The notes below the pieces were generated by a model. The model did no database searches. It was not told the origin of the DNA and saw nothing but the letters and a program-made list of their open reading frames with translations. 64,000 nt of DNA from positions 192,001-256,000 of the forward strand of contig CM000208.1 of assembly GCA_000002445.1 (NCBI GenBank). Direction: 5' to 3'. A program made the position numbers and the translations under genes. This document shows positions 1 to 11,045 of the stretch, piece after piece; the first letter of the stretch is position 1, and every line of letters starts with the position of its first letter. Source of the DNA: Trypanosoma brucei (lineage: Eukaryota).

Positions 1-1700
1 AGCTTGGTGCCGCAGAGAAGTCTCATATCAAGCACCGTAGTGCACTGGAAGAACTCGAAAACAAAATTGACAACGTTGGTGGACTTGAATACAAGGCGCT
101 ATGCCAGAACCTGAAGACCCAACAGGAACGGGTGGAGGCAGAAGACAAGGCCCTGCGGGAATGTCGGCGATTATCACAGCGTCTCCGTGCGACGCAAGAA
201 CGCAAAGAGCGAGATATTGCGCAATACAACGAAGATCTTAATCGCATTCTTGCTGAGTCTTCTGGTGAGTTGGAGGCGGCGCTTGTGACGGCGAAGGAAA
301 TAGCGGAGGAGGTTACGCGGGCATTCAAAGGGGCAGAGATGAGGTTTAACGACGCCCAGTTGGCTCTGGAAGGTGCAAAGGCAGCTGTACCAGTGGCACA
401 TAAGGCTTTGGTTGAGGCTCAGAGACGGTTAGACGATGAGGACCGATTTCGACAGATAGAAGTGGCTAAAATGGCTGATGCTTTGCAAGAGTTGGCGAAG
501 TTTGAGCAGAAGATTGATGGTTGTGAAGAAAAAATTAGGGAAAACGTAGATTTTTATGGCATAGAAACTCTAGACCTCAAAGATAATGAAGAAGAAAGAA
601 GAGACGAGGACGAAGAGAATGACGCAGTAAATGCAAACGATGAGTCTGCTTCTCAGGACGCGGAGGGGGATGGTCGTAGTGATAACGGCGCAGACGATGT
701 TCTCTCTCAGGACCGCGAAGAGGAGAAGGTGGATGTGAGGAACATGACTTTTCGACTTTCGGCAGAGCAACTGTTGAACTACAATTACGACGAATGTGTG
801 CATAAAGCAAAACTACTGAGTGAAGAAGCCAAGAGGTTGAATAATATGATCGACTTCCGTGCGGTTCGGCTGTGGCGTGAGCGCGATGCTGAGCACCGCA
901 AGGGGAAGGCTGAATATCTTCGAATAAGGGAAATATCAGATGCGGCCGACCAGCGGTTGCAAAAGTTGAAGGATGAACGCAGGGACTGTTTCATGGCGTG
1001 TTTTGTTCGTGTTCAAAATCGTTTGCGTGAAGTTTACCAACTGCTTACACACGGTGGTGACGCGGACTTGGAACTTGTTGATGCAAATGATCCCTTTGAA
1101 GGAATTCAGTTTGTTGTTCGACCCCCGAAAAAGTCATGGAAGCAGATTTCCAACCTCTCTGGTGGTGAAAAGACTCTGTCGAGCTTAGCACTTATTTTCG
1201 CGCTGCACGACATTAAACCGACACCGATTTATGTCATGGATGAAATAGACGCCGCACTGGACTTCCGCAACGTTTCCATTGTTGCAAACTACATCCTTCG
1301 TCAAGCCAGTGGTGCGCAGTTTATCATCATTTCTCTCCGAAACAACATGTTTGAAATGGCTCATCAGCTCGTTGGTGTTTTCAAACGGTCAGATGTGGCT
1401 CGTACGGTGGGTATAAATCCAGTCGTTTTTCAGCAAAAGGTGTTGAGTGTTCTTCAGGAACGCAAACGCAAAAGGACGGGTTCAACAGGAGATGTGCAAA
1501 TTAAAGTAGAAGATAAAGTTGCATGTAACAACGAAGCCGCTGACATCCTCGTAAGCAGCAGAAGTGCCAGCAGGTGCAGGTCTTCAGTGCCGAGAGCCAA
1601 AACAACACCAAAGTCTTCTCAAAAGGGTAGTGGAAAAACTCCGAGGAATTGTGGGGTTGCCGCAAATGGAGTTCGTTTGAAGGTAGAGGAAGATGCCTAA
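1..1700 (+). CDS. SMC4: Structural maintenance of chromosomes protein (SMC4-like), C-terminal part; 5' end lies outside the window
   Basis: The frame is open from nt 3 and ends at TAA 1698-1700. It has a coiled-coil arm followed by the ABC signature motif LSGGEKTLSSLALIFALH and the Walker B/D-loop IYVMDEIDAALDFRNVSIVANYI. The FRNVSIVANYI...SLRNNMF region matches the SMC4 C-terminal head rather than SMC2. Confidence 0.8.
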   Translation, partial: LGAAEKSHIKHRSALEELENKIDNVGGLEYKALCQNLKTQQERVEAEDKALRECRRLSQRLRATQERKERDIAQYNEDLNRILAESSGELEAALVTAKEIAEEVTRAFKGAEMRFNDAQLALEGAKAAVPVAHKALVEAQRRLDDEDRFRQIEVAKMADALQELAKFEQKIDGCEEKIRENVDFYGIETLDLKDNEEERRDEDEENDAVNANDESASQDAEGDGRSDNGADDVLSQDREEEKVDVRNMTFRLSAEQLLNYNYDECVHKAKLLSEEAKRLNNMIDFRAVRLWRERDAEHRKGKAEYLRIREISDAADQRLQKLKDERRDCFMACFVRVQNRLREVYQLLTHGGDADLELVDANDPFEGIQFVVRPPKKSWKQISNLSGGEKTLSSLALIFALHDIKPTPIYVMDEIDAALDFRNVSIVANYILRQASGAQFIIISLRNNMFEMAHQLVGVFKRSDVARTVGINPVVFQQKVLSVLQERKRKRTGSTGDVQIKVEDKVACNNEAADILVSSRSASRCRSSVPRAKTTPKSSQKGSGKTPRNCGVAANGVRLKVEEDA

Positions 1701-3020
1701 TACCCACTTCTACAGTTTCCTTTCCTTTTTTTTTCGTTGTGTCACACGTTAACAAATGTTCATTTACAAATGCAGCAGGGTCTCCTCATTTTTCTTTTCT
1801 TTAACTCTCTTTCTCTCTCTCTCTCTCTTGCAACACTGGGACTCATCTTGATAATTTGTTTGGGATTCCCTTTACACATCGTTAATAACTCGACTGTTGG
1901 CGAGATACTGATGGGAAAAAGAAAATGCAAGTGCGTCGCTGCATAATTTATAGAGCTTCCTTTAGTTGCTTCTTTTCTTTTTTGTATGTTTATTCCCTCT
2001 TTATTGCATGCCTGAGTACTGCATTGGTGTTTTTTTTGTTGGTTGAAAAATAATTTTCTGTGGTGAGCAAATACTTATTAATATATGTCGTCCGAATTGT
2101 CCTTACCCTCCCCGGGATTTGTTGGTGAGAGTTTTTTATTTGTGTCCAACCTCTTTTGTTCCCTTTTCTCTTAACACTTATGGTACCCGCACGCGCATGC
2201 AATGTTTGTAGCTGTCGTGTCCATGTTTTTAAAAAAGAAAAGGGAAAAGGAAGAAATGGTTAGTAAATCATAGGGAGTAGTGATCCAGTGGCTCGTAGCT
2301 TCTTCTACATGACATTGTTTATATACTCACACACAATTTCTTCAACCCTTCTCCGTCTTTTACTTTTTTTTGTTGTTCTCTTTGTTTTTTTTCTTCTCTT
2401 CTTAATTTTTAGCGTGGTTTCACTTTGTTTCCTTTACTGTAGTGTTCCGCCATTTTTCCCCCTGCTTTCATGTACTTAATGTTGCGTTTTTATCATCAAT
2501 GCATTTTACTTGGTTGCGGTGCCAACTTGCTCTTCTTCTTTTTCTCCCTTTTTTCTCCTTCTTCTTCATAATTTACTGTTCCTGATCATACAGTATATCA
2601 AAGATTATATATATATATATATATATTTTTTTTAAAAAAATCATTAGTGCATGGTTTATTTGGAGATAGCTTTATAAGCAATCTCGTATTTTTGTACGTA
2701 GAAGTCAAGTTGAAGCTATAATAAATCCGTTCGGTTTCTTCCCTTTTATTTTTATTTTTGTCTGGTTTCTTCCAGTCCGCAGCACCTTACTGCTTTGAGT
2801 TTGTTTGCGCGTGTATTTTGCACCTGCTTCCGTTAAGGGTACGCAGGGCCTTTACACGTGTATAAGGGACTTGAAGAAGCGGAGAAAAAAAATAAAAATA
2901 AAAAAAGAAGAAGCTTCCAAAATAATTTCTATTTAATAACAAAAAGGAAAAAAAACGGACAGATTGCAGAAGCGAAGAGAATAGGGAGGTGTAGAGCGGA
3001 AGGATCAGGATAATTTCAAG

Positions 3021-3401
3021 ATGTTAAATAGCTGTTTGTGCAAAATCTTCATGTTTGTCCGGTTTCTGGTACTCATTGTTTTCGCATTATGTACCAACAT
3101 CTTGAGTGCTGGCGCGAAGGAATGCAAACTGATGGGAGAAATGGAAGCGTGGAAACATGATGGTGGCTCTTTTATTCATGACGAGAAGTCCGGAACGTGG
3201 CATGAATTAAACAGCGACGGGGAAAGTGTTGCATCTTTCGTAGAATTCACTCGTAAAGATGATACCGTTGTCTTACGCGATGAGAGCCGGCACCTGTTTT
3301 TACTTCTGCGACCCGATCTTGCTGCAATTATGAATAATGGGGACGATAACTTCCAACCGCTTTTTCAGGGACGCTTCGTCAGCTCAGTGAGTTGTGCATG
3401 A
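3021..3401 (+). CDS. Hypothetical small protein (126 aa) with an N-terminal hydrophobic signal/anchor
   Basis: ATG at 3021. The N-terminus FMFVRFLVLIVFALCTNILSAGA is hydrophobic and followed by a non-low-complexity sequence. A pyrimidine-rich tract plus AG lies about 250 nt upstream. No recognisable family. Confidence 0.3.
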   Translation: MLNSCLCKIFMFVRFLVLIVFALCTNILSAGAKECKLMGEMEAWKHDGGSFIHDEKSGTWHELNSDGESVASFVEFTRKDDTVVLRDESRHLFLLLRPDLAAIMNNGDDNFQPLFQGRFVSSVSCA

Positions 3402-4400
3402 GGCAAAGCGAAGGAAGTGATGTGGTAGTGAATTTTATATTTTCCTGCATGGTTGGCTCCTCCTTAACTGAACTTCTTCTTCTTCATATTTTTACACATT
3501 ATGCAGTCATGTCTTATGTGTAGTTCTTTCAGCTGCTTTTATATGGACTCAAATTCACAACCGCATCGCTTTGTTTCTCGCTTTCCCCGTGCGTTTTGGT
3601 GGTCGCTGCTTGTAACTTATTTGATGTGTTTTGTTCCCTTCAATCCGTTGCTCTGTTTTGCTTTTTTGTTTTGTTTTGTTTTAACTGAGTGTCAACCTTT
3701 CTTTTCGTACTTCTGATCCCCTTCGAACGATCTGCCTCCTTTTTTTTCTCCCGTCTTTCGTCCTCTGCCCGTTTTTTTAAAAAATGCCTCCATTATTTTT
3801 CGGTCGAAATATTTCAAATCATTGAATAAAGAAAGGAAGGACGAGCCCAAAGGAAAAGAAAAAAGAAAAAAAGGCGCGCAAAGGCAAGACTAAGTGAGTT
3901 TCAGATACTTTTATATATGAGTTACCGCAGCGAAAATTTATTCAAAGAGTCGCAGCCAATATTTTTTTGCGTGTGAAGAACCCATTGCGGTTGCACTTAT
4001 TTGTATTGCAGCAACATTTTACACTTTACCGAAAGTATCTGATCTGATCTGATCGTTTTATTTTTTCTGTTGTTTTGTGAAGTCGGTATTTATTATTATT
4101 ATTATTTTAGTCTGTAACATAACGCACTGCCGGTGAAGGTGATACAGGGGTAACACATTTCTTTTTTTTTTAGTTGTGGGAGCACTGCAGTCAATAAAGG
4201 AGAGAATCGGCAGGAAATTCAATTGCACAAAAGTAAATAAATAAATAATCTTAAATACAAGGTGGCCGTACGTGTTGATCGTTGAGACATTTAAACAAAA
4301 TATCACAAACAGTTGACGAAAGAGTGAGCAACACGGACGTGACACCTTTCGTCACAAAAAAGAAAAAAACAAGCAAACGACAAACAAAGGACGTGTATAA

Positions 4401-5459
4401 ATGCAGAAATGTTTAGTCATACGTCATGGCAGGCTTAGGTTTCCACTGGGAAATGGGAGTACTAGCCGTTACCTCACAGTTGGCCGCGATTTGCTTCCCC
4501 TCATCCCCAGTAACGAAATTTATCATGATCCACCGAAACTCCGTCATCGTCTTGACAGGGACGGGTATCTTTATTTTAAAAGTATTGTCCCACGAGTGAC
4601 AGTAAGTGCAGCTCTCGATAATCTTAGGCTGCAAATGACCGCATGTGGTTGGACTTGTGAGGAGGACCATAAGCGCATGTTGGAGCGTAGTGGCGGTGTG
4701 GCATTAGGTTTGCCATTTCCTTCTACAGGGAAGCTTCCACCACCGCAAATAACATACACGGACTCACTTCGAGCTGCGGTGAGCGGTACGAGTGTCATGG
4801 CGCTTGTGCGACAAGTGTTTGGTGGAGCAGTTCGTGTGTGGGACATACAGTCTGTACATCTTGCGGCTCCTCAGGAATCCTTTGGATTACGTATGCCAAG
4901 TGTATATATGAATAGAGGGACAAAGTTGGCCATCATTGCACTTGTGCCATTACACGACACGCCAATGCACATGGGTACACCAGTCATTGTGAAGGGCAGT
5001 AATAGCAGCGACACATATGCTGCGTTACGGAGTTCCTATGGTCAACACGATGTAGAAGGTGATGATATTTGTGGCGATGGCTGCTACACAGATGACCCTG
5101 ATGAGTTGCTGCCGTTAGGCAAACAGCTCGGCATAGATGAGGTGACTGGCCGCCGCATAACAGTGGACGTTAACCCATTTCTTTCAGTGGCTGTTGAACC
5201 GGGAGATGTTATTCTTTTAACAGTTTATACGATGCATTCCTTTCTCACCAATACAACCGACTGCTGGCGTATCATGACGGAGGCGGTGTGGACTATGGAA
5301 GGCGATGATGTTGGTCCTGATCCCCGTTACGTTGGTAGCAATGCACCGGGGCTTAATAAGTGGTGTAGCGAGCGTGACAACAGGAAGAAATACCCGCGAA
5401 CCATGAACGAGGCGAAAAAGGCTTGGGGGTTAGTACCAGATGCCCCATCCACCATATGA
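4401..5459 (+). CDS. Hypothetical protein, possible PhyH-like (phytanoyl-CoA dioxygenase family) 2OG-Fe(II) oxygenase
   Basis: 352-aa ORF starting at ATG 4401. It has an HxD-like motif (PLHDTPMH) and a distal MHSFLTNTTDCWR motif. These resemble the His...HgSgpN...R iron and 2-oxoglutarate binding pattern of the PhyH family. Codon usage is non-repetitive. Confidence 0.45.
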   Translation: MQKCLVIRHGRLRFPLGNGSTSRYLTVGRDLLPLIPSNEIYHDPPKLRHRLDRDGYLYFKSIVPRVTVSAALDNLRLQMTACGWTCEEDHKRMLERSGGVALGLPFPSTGKLPPPQITYTDSLRAAVSGTSVMALVRQVFGGAVRVWDIQSVHLAAPQESFGLRMPSVYMNRGTKLAIIALVPLHDTPMHMGTPVIVKGSNSSDTYAALRSSYGQHDVEGDDICGDGCYTDDPDELLPLGKQLGIDEVTGRRITVDVNPFLSVAVEPGDVILLTVYTMHSFLTNTTDCWRIMTEAVWTMEGDDVGPDPRYVGSNAPGLNKWCSERDNRKKYPRTMNEAKKAWGLVPDAPSTI

Positions 5460-6314
5460 ATCATGTTTTTTTATTTTATTTTTTATTTTATTTTTATTTT
5501 GGGGGGGGGACTCTATGGAGTGGGAATGGATGGGTTTTCTTCACCATGTAGTTTAAACGCGATGCAACTTTGGCTTGCGTTACTCAAGGAGACGTCTCGT
5601 ATGTTTTACAGGCAATATATGCGTGACTGCCTCGTCTAGATTGTTTTTGGTGTTTCTTTATATATATATATATATATATTTTGGTGGAAGGTGGGGGAGG
5701 AAATCATTGTTGGGAAGAAGGGAGGTTAATGGAAGTTCCACCACGTCTCGTCATTTTTGGAAATTTTTTTTTCTTATCGATGCGAAATACCACCGCACTA
5801 TTTGCCTACGGTGATGGTGTAGTTGTATATTTTCCCCTACTTCCAGATATGCTTGTTTTATTTTACATTTGTGTAGGTAGATAATGATGAGGCTGCTGGA
5901 CGCAGCAGTGATGTGAAGCAGAGTAAGCGTAAGATAAGGTTAATACGAATTATAATGGTGTTTCGTTGATTTGTGGTTATCAGCAATAAGTTTCTGACGA
6001 GTACGAAATTTTGAGAGGTTCCATTGCACTTTTCCTTTTTTTCTTTTGTCTTTTGCATGCTAGTTTTATTTAACCGGTGTAGGTAACGCAACACATTGCA
6101 GTGACGAGATTCGTGCATTGTGCTGCCAGTGCACGCGGTGGTTTACATAAGCAAAATAATAACATTAGCGGAAGAAGAACCAAGAGCGTTTGGAGGCCAA
6201 CTGACTTTACCAAGTGTGGTGAAAAGGAATAGGCTCAAAGGATATCGTTGTAGTTAACGTAAAAGTGAACATAAGCTTACGTGTATAGTTCAAAGCGCCA
6301 CTTATCGTTGCGAC

Positions 6315-8213
6315 ATGCATCGCCAGCGCCGCCTTGTGCGTGGCCTTCTTTCAAATTCTTCTTCTCAAATGTTGGGATGCCGACCTTTTTTTGGAATGAG
6401 TGGAAGGGGCAGCGGTGGTGCCGGGGGTCGTGGGGATTCGGGAAAAGAAGGGGAAGTTGGAGGGAAAGGATGGTCAGGGCTGTTTAGCGGTGCAGGTGGA
6501 TTGCCACCGGGATTTGACGAACAGAGGTTGAAGGCAGTTCAAGAAATATTTAATAAACAGTCCCCTGAGAAGCAAGCGGAGCTGATGAAAAAGGCACTCG
6601 AGTTCCAAAAGGTTTTTGGGAAGGTCCCGGGGATTGGTAAAATGGCGCAGAAAAATATTGAAATGTTGGAGAAGGTGGTGATTAACAACTCCAGCCAGCA
6701 GCAACAACAAACACCTCCAAAGGCGAATGGAATCCGCAGCATGTCTGGGGCTGCTGAAAGGGAAAATAAGGCAAAAATAAAGTCGTCTAATGAATCGACA
6801 GCAGCCGGCTCCGCGAGAATCTCGGGGGGTGCTGCCGGACCCACCATTGACGAACTGAAGAAAATTAACTTGGGACCCGAGATTGAGGAGCTTTTCGCCG
6901 AGCTCTCCTCGATAAGGGCAAAGAAAAATTCTTATCGTAGTAAATTCCTCGCTGCTGAAACAGATCTTGAGAAGTTGAGGAAAGAGGTTGAACAGTTGCG
7001 TGAGACAGACGCTAGTCTCCGGTCAAAGCTGCGTCGAGTGGAACAAGATGTTATGCTTCTCAATTCTGAAAACATGGAATTGAAAGAACATGAAAAAGAA
7101 TGGAGACAGGTAAGGCACAAAAATGAGAAACTGACAGACGCAGTGCAGCGACTTCAACATGATAATGCGGCGCAAGACCGTCAGCTCAGCGAGGCCCTGC
7201 AAGTGCAGCTAAAGGAGAAGGATGATATGTTACGGTCGCTGCAACGAAAACTTGACAGACTCAGGAAGCGGGATCCACTTCTTCAATTTTCACTTCTCTG
7301 TAGTGACGTGGCACGGCTGTGTGATACTGAACAAAATGCCGCTAAGGATGCAGCTGAGGATGCCTTTAACATGCTGCAGGGAATTCACCAACAGAAGCAA
7401 GACGCTGCTTGGAAGTCAGCTATGTTACAGGATGGTGCAGCAGCGAAAGCATTCATGGCAGTGGTCCGCCGTTTTTACTTGAGTCGTGTTCCACATGCAA
7501 ACTATGATGCGCTTGTTGCGGTGGATGATGCGGAAGCGCTCCGACCTCTTGTGAGTGAAATGGGTTTCACTTTAGAGCATGTGGCTGCCGGTCGTTATGT
7601 CATCGTCGCTCCCTCTGTTGAGGTGCCCAAAACTTTTATTGGTCCGTACGGGCTGTGTGCTGCTTTATATCTTGCAGGGAAATCTGTAGAAGGAGAGAAA
7701 ATGTTTTCCTTTAAACTTACTGTTGTGTATCCACACGTAAGCTCAACTCTGTTTGGAAACACGTGCAGGACGGGGGTGCAGTATGACACGGCGAGGTCTA
7801 GCGGACCTGGTGGACAGGCCGTTAACGTTTCGGAGACCCAAATTATCGCAAAGTTGTCTATTGATGGCGATGCGGCTTATACCGCAGAGGCACAAGATTC
7901 TCGCAGTGCACTCAACAATCGGGAGGCTGCCACCGAGAAGTTGGCTAAAACAAGGCGTCAGCATTACAACGAACAACTCGCGAAGCAGCACAAGCCGGAA
8001 GGGTTAGAACGCGAATTAGTTGCTGTCGTACAGTCCACTCTTAATGGAAACGGTAGTAGTGGAAGTGATGGGATGGTGGGCCCCGTCCCCAAAGAGATTG
8101 TTGAGTTGGTAAATGACACTGTTGCCAAGAAATTGCTGCCTGGCGCAGAACTGGGGTTGCTGTACGGTATGTTGTATTTGTTTCGTGAGGCGGCGGCCGC
8201 TGCCTCCTCATAG
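6315..8213 (+). CDS. Coiled-coil protein with a C-terminal peptidyl-tRNA hydrolase / class-I release-factor (RF-1, ICT1-like) GGQ domain
   Basis: 632 aa. The N-terminus is Gly-rich, followed by a long heptad coiled coil (about 6900-7300). The C-terminus carries YDTARSSGPGGQAVNVSETQI, a GGQ motif in the typical RF-1 domain context, followed by a basic tail (REAATEKLAKTRRQ). Confidence 0.6.
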   Translation: MHRQRRLVRGLLSNSSSQMLGCRPFFGMSGRGSGGAGGRGDSGKEGEVGGKGWSGLFSGAGGLPPGFDEQRLKAVQEIFNKQSPEKQAELMKKALEFQKVFGKVPGIGKMAQKNIEMLEKVVINNSSQQQQQTPPKANGIRSMSGAAERENKAKIKSSNESTAAGSARISGGAAGPTIDELKKINLGPEIEELFAELSSIRAKKNSYRSKFLAAETDLEKLRKEVEQLRETDASLRSKLRRVEQDVMLLNSENMELKEHEKEWRQVRHKNEKLTDAVQRLQHDNAAQDRQLSEALQVQLKEKDDMLRSLQRKLDRLRKRDPLLQFSLLCSDVARLCDTEQNAAKDAAEDAFNMLQGIHQQKQDAAWKSAMLQDGAAAKAFMAVVRRFYLSRVPHANYDALVAVDDAEALRPLVSEMGFTLEHVAAGRYVIVAPSVEVPKTFIGPYGLCAALYLAGKSVEGEKMFSFKLTVVYPHVSSTLFGNTCRTGVQYDTARSSGPGGQAVNVSETQIIAKLSIDGDAAYTAEAQDSRSALNNREAATEKLAKTRRQHYNEQLAKQHKPEGLERELVAVVQSTLNGNGSSGSDGMVGPVPKEIVELVNDTVAKKLLPGAELGLLYGMLYLFREAAAAASS

Positions 8214-8685
8214 ATGGTATCGAATTACTAATATACATTGCGGTGCACACCTGGTCTACGAGGCTTTATTTCAGTTAGCTAACTTTGCAGAGACAGTGAT
8301 ACACTTGTGTGCATGTGCAGAGCTAGTATGAAGTCCTGATGGTCAGTCGAAATGAGATCTGCGCGGGCATATGTGCTCATGCACCGAGCAGATGAGGGAA
8401 TGGTGCAAGGGGGAAATGCGTTCTGCAACCCAATGTGTATCTGTTTGCATGCGCTTACGGGTCAGTGTTGGCACCGTTAGTACTGGGTGTTGTAACAACT
8501 GTTATCATCCTTCAACCGCCTGGTGTTATGTACATCCCTCTCTTTTTCGTTTCGCTTCAGTCGTTGTTTTGCGCCGCGCTTCAAAATTATGCCTGTACCC
8601 ACCCTCATCCCCTCTGCCGTTACGGAGGAGTGAGGAGCAGGAGGGGATCCTGTTGCTGTTCTATTCGTTTGTTCCACCATTCCCT

Positions 8686-8770
8686 AATTAATTTTTTTTA
8701 TTTTTACCTTTTCTTTCTTTCCTTCCGTGTATTTACTCTCTGTCTTTTTTTCTTTTTTTTTGCATGACAA
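8686..8770 (+). promoter_or_regulatory. Polypyrimidine tract upstream of the RING-H2 gene (candidate splice-acceptor signal)
   Basis: C/T-rich run ending about 25 nt before ATG 8793. Confidence 0.35.
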
Positions 8771-8792
8771 GAAAAATTTAGAGCCCTAACTA

Positions 8793-9314
8793 ATGTATTT
8801 TTGCCACGGCTGCCAAAACTTCCACACTGGTATTGGAGCTTCCGAGCAACTGACTCAGTGCCAAGCGTGTCAGTCCCCTTTAATTGAGAGAGTATACAGC
8901 CATGGACAAATGAATGAACTCTGTGCTTTATACGGACTGAGACACATAACGATTCATGAGGACAGTGAAGTGGATGAAATTTTGCATCTCCTTCAGTTTT
9001 TGCAGTCAGCTGAAGAAAGGGCCGCACGTCACTCGAGTGCCACAAATAACGCCATTGTTGAAGAGCTCATGCGCACATTTGTTAGTGCTGCCGAGGAATC
9101 GCGATCCGAACCACCAGAAGCAATGGGCCCTTTTTCATGCCGCATTTGCCTCGATTCGGACGATTTGGATGATATTCAAGTGGCACAACTGCCGTGTCAG
9201 CACCGTTATCACGCAAACTGCATTCGGTCATGGCTGCAGAAAAGTTTAGTTTGTCCCTTATGTCGTGCCTCAGTCCTCCCTGCATCCACAGCAGACACGA
9301 ACACCACAGCATAG
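8793..9314 (+). CDS. RING-H2 zinc-finger protein (putative E3 ubiquitin ligase)
   Basis: The C-terminus CRICLDSD...LPCQHRYHANCIRSWLQKSLVCPLCR is a canonical C3H2C3 RING-H2. An N-terminal CHGCQ...CQAC cysteine pair cluster is also present. ATG at 8793 is preceded by the pyrimidine tract 8686-8770. Confidence 0.75.
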   Translation: MYFCHGCQNFHTGIGASEQLTQCQACQSPLIERVYSHGQMNELCALYGLRHITIHEDSEVDEILHLLQFLQSAEERAARHSSATNNAIVEELMRTFVSAAEESRSEPPEAMGPFSCRICLDSDDLDDIQVAQLPCQHRYHANCIRSWLQKSLVCPLCRASVLPASTADTNTTA

Positions 9315-9416
9315 CAGAAGAAACAAACAGATATTACAAGCATTCAGTGCGTGCGTATATGCATATACATATATTTACTTGATATTTACTTATTCATATC
9401 AATGCTGGTATGTGTT

Positions 9417-9454
<38 letters not shown>

Positions 9455-10544
9455 CATTACTGTCTTTTTGTTTTTGTCTTTCCACAGTCCGCATCTAGAA
9501 TTACAGACATGCCTGTGCCCACAAGTGCTATTATTTGCGTCCGCGAAACAAAGGGGAGGGGAACTCTTTTTTTTTTTTTTCCCGCCGTTCGGTGACGTTT
9601 TCAATGGTAAATTTTCGTGGGAACATATATTTGCGTATTGATGCACGTGTTTGTTTGTGCAAACAAAATATATTTATTTTTACATATTTCTATTCGTATG
9701 TCTGTTTGAGTGAAGGGGTTCTTGGCTACATTAATTTAACCTTCTGCTATTTATTATTAATTTTATTATTGTAATTTCAATGTTGAACCTGAAACGATAA
9801 TAAATTAATATGCAGGGGTGGAAGACAAAGTAATGGTAAGGAAAAAAAAAAACAAAAACGGAGGAAAGACATGAAAGAAGGAAACTCCCGGGAACGGTTA
9901 TATTAGGGTTTTTTTTTCCAACACAGTGGAGTGACTCCCTCTTCCTGAATATGTTGCGACTGTTGTAAATAATTTTTTTCTTTCTTTTTTTGTTGTTTTT
10001 TCTACTGTTTTGTTACGTGTTTTACCACTTCGACTTGTTTTGTGTCTGTTTGTCCACGTTATGTTGAGGTTTTTCCATGCCTCGTCTCCCACATGTTTTG
10101 TGCTCTACATCAATCTTAAAAAAAAAAAAAAGAAAGTTTATTTATCTTTGTTCACTACTATTTGAGGGTTGTTGCTTTCTTTCTTTTCTTTTTTTTCTCC
10201 CCCTTTCGCGCGCCCTTTTTTCCCCTCGTGAGCACATCTTTTGACTCTCTTGCGGGCACACTTGAAGGAATAACTGCATGAAAACGCTGACATTAATGTT
10301 AAAATAATTTCAATATTAATGTTGATCACAATGCTAACATTGTGGTGTTATTGTCAAGGGTATTTTTGTATCAAATTTCCCATTAGTTTATTGACAATGT
10401 CCAGAAATTTCTTTTATTTGTCATTTTCCCGCTTTCCTTCCTTCTTTCTTTTCTTTTTTTTTTTACACCCCCTCCCCCTGATGTTTGCTTGTGAGGTTTA
10501 TCCGTTAGCTGTGCTATAAACGATCGGAAGAGGTGGAGGTTACG

Positions 10545-10650
10545 ATTATTGTTATTGCTACTATTATTATTATTATTTCCGTTATTATTATTATTTCCAT
10601 CATTATTATTATTATTGTTATTGTCACTGCTGATGTTACTGTTATTGTTT
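10545..10650. repeat. Intergenic trinucleotide microsatellite (ATT)n, imperfect
   Basis: attattattatt... is interrupted by tcc/gtt. It creates spurious poly-Ile and poly-Leu ORFs on both strands. Confidence 0.9.
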
Positions 10651-10994
10651 TTTTTTCTTTTTTGGTTCTTGATACAACCGCGGACACTCCTCTGCAGTTG
10701 TTTGCCAAAAAAAAAAAAAACAACAACAACGAAGAAAAGCATTCTGAAATCCAACTCAATCTTGCTTACACCGTGTTTCCTCTTCCTTTCTTAAAAAATA
10801 TTTTGAGGTGTTTCGGTGTTTGTGCATCGTATCATTAAAAGGAAAACAACCATATTTCTAAGATAAGGAGAAAAACATTAATTTAGTGTATTTAGTTTAC
10901 TTTCCCATTATCTTTATTACATTTTGCTTTTAGGCGGGGGTGGGAAAAGAAATTGTGCAGTCCATTTCTTTCTTTTTCTGTTTACCGTTCAGTT

Positions 10995-11027
<33 letters not shown>

Positions 11028-11045
11028 CCCCTCCCCTCCCCCATC

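Noticed and set aside
132-1700. ORF-track start of the first gene at 132
   Set aside because: Position 132 is GTG, and the frame is open back to nt 3. The gene is a 5'-truncated SMC4 continuing upstream of the window, not a 522-aa protein starting here. Starts at 22318, 37713, 42984, 55586, 56409 and 60640 are also GTG or TTG and were moved to the first ATG.
10383-10838. Several ORFs (poly-N, poly-I, poly-L) on both strands
   Set aside because: Artefacts of the (ATT)n microsatellite and the adjacent A/T runs.
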